Source: an uncultured Defluviitaleaceae bacterium (lineage in GTDB: Bacteria > Bacillota > Clostridia > Lachnospirales > CAYYRV01). From it: a stretch of 64,000 bases of DNA. Under the pieces are notes generated by a model that was not told the origin of the DNA, did not search any database, and was given only the letters and a program-made list of their open reading frames with translations. The translations under genes and the position numbers were made by a program. The stretch covers positions 74,473-138,472 of the forward strand of contig CAYYRV010000002.1 of assembly GCA_964474135.1 (NCBI GenBank), read 5' to 3'. Of this stretch, positions 63,685 to 64,000 are shown piece after piece (within the stretch, counting starts at the first letter, position 1; each line of letters opens with the position of its first letter).

Positions 63685-64000
63685 CTTCTTAATCTTAAAT
63701 TTTCATATAATTTTTTCAATATATTTATATTGTTTCATAATAGTTAAAGTATAGTATAAGTTTTATAATAATTCGGTTGTATTTACAACGGATAATAATA
63801 TTTTTTGTAATTACTAGTATTACAATATAATAAAAAAGCAGGTAATTTTGGATATTTTTTGCTAAATTTGCATAAACATTGTTTATATATTAACAAACAT
63901 CACTATTAAATATAAATTTATTTAATTTTTTTGTAATTATTGTATACTTTTTTTTTGTTTTTTACTGTACATTATAAAATTTGTTTGGTATAATTTTATT

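Noticed and set aside
1-64000. Mobile genetic element, prophage, defence island or toxin-antitoxin module
   Set aside because: There is no integrase, transposase, recombinase, phage structural gene, restriction-modification, cas, Abi or small paired TA-like ORFs. The Lon-like protease and SbcCD sit in housekeeping contexts rather than BREX/Lamassu-like clusters. tRNA genes are not flanked by direct repeats suggestive of integration.

Overview
This is an AT-rich, gene-dense chromosomal segment that looks like core genome of a flagellated, endospore-forming low-GC Firmicute (Clostridia-like). That placement is inferred from gerM-like, spoIIM and LysM/DUF3794 genes plus a Bacillus/Clostridium-type fla operon. 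Gene order: 3' end of a sensor kinase, GerMN protein, ppiB, two secreted stalk-domain proteins, mgtC, tsaE-tsaB-rimI, Lon-like protease, M16 peptidase and purM-purN-purD. A ~21 kb flagellar operon follows (flgB to flhB, 18128-38881, with embedded flbD-motAB and cheY) and stops without flhA. After it come a CofE-like/LysR divergent pair, sbcDC, an unknown secreted protein, an unknown PEPCK-like P-loop protein, htrA, an rseC-like gene, carD, RNase G, an orphan histidine kinase and a LysM/DUF3794 protein. The window ends with a tRNA-Pro/Val/Met cluster, spoIIM, nudF, asnS, cls and a small Cys-rich protein. I see no transposase, integrase, CRISPR array, or recognisable defence, toxin or prophage module, and no convincing novel protein-based system. 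The unusual content is non-coding. (1) A dense family of ~50-nt stem-loop repeats occurs in 11 copies, two of them 49/49 identical in opposite orientation, with compensatory stem changes in diverged copies. These combine with at least three other short hairpin modules into mosaic intergenic blocks, some inside operons and one inverted pair at the abrupt end of the flagellar operon. (2) A separate ~70-nt element lies in the sense-strand 5' leaders of four unrelated genes (mgtC, purM, ppiB, LysM gene). Its core motif (TAGCATGAGTTCG-like) also forms long perfect palindromes elsewhere. All repeat and RNA claims rest on by-eye alignment and need computational and experimental confirmation.
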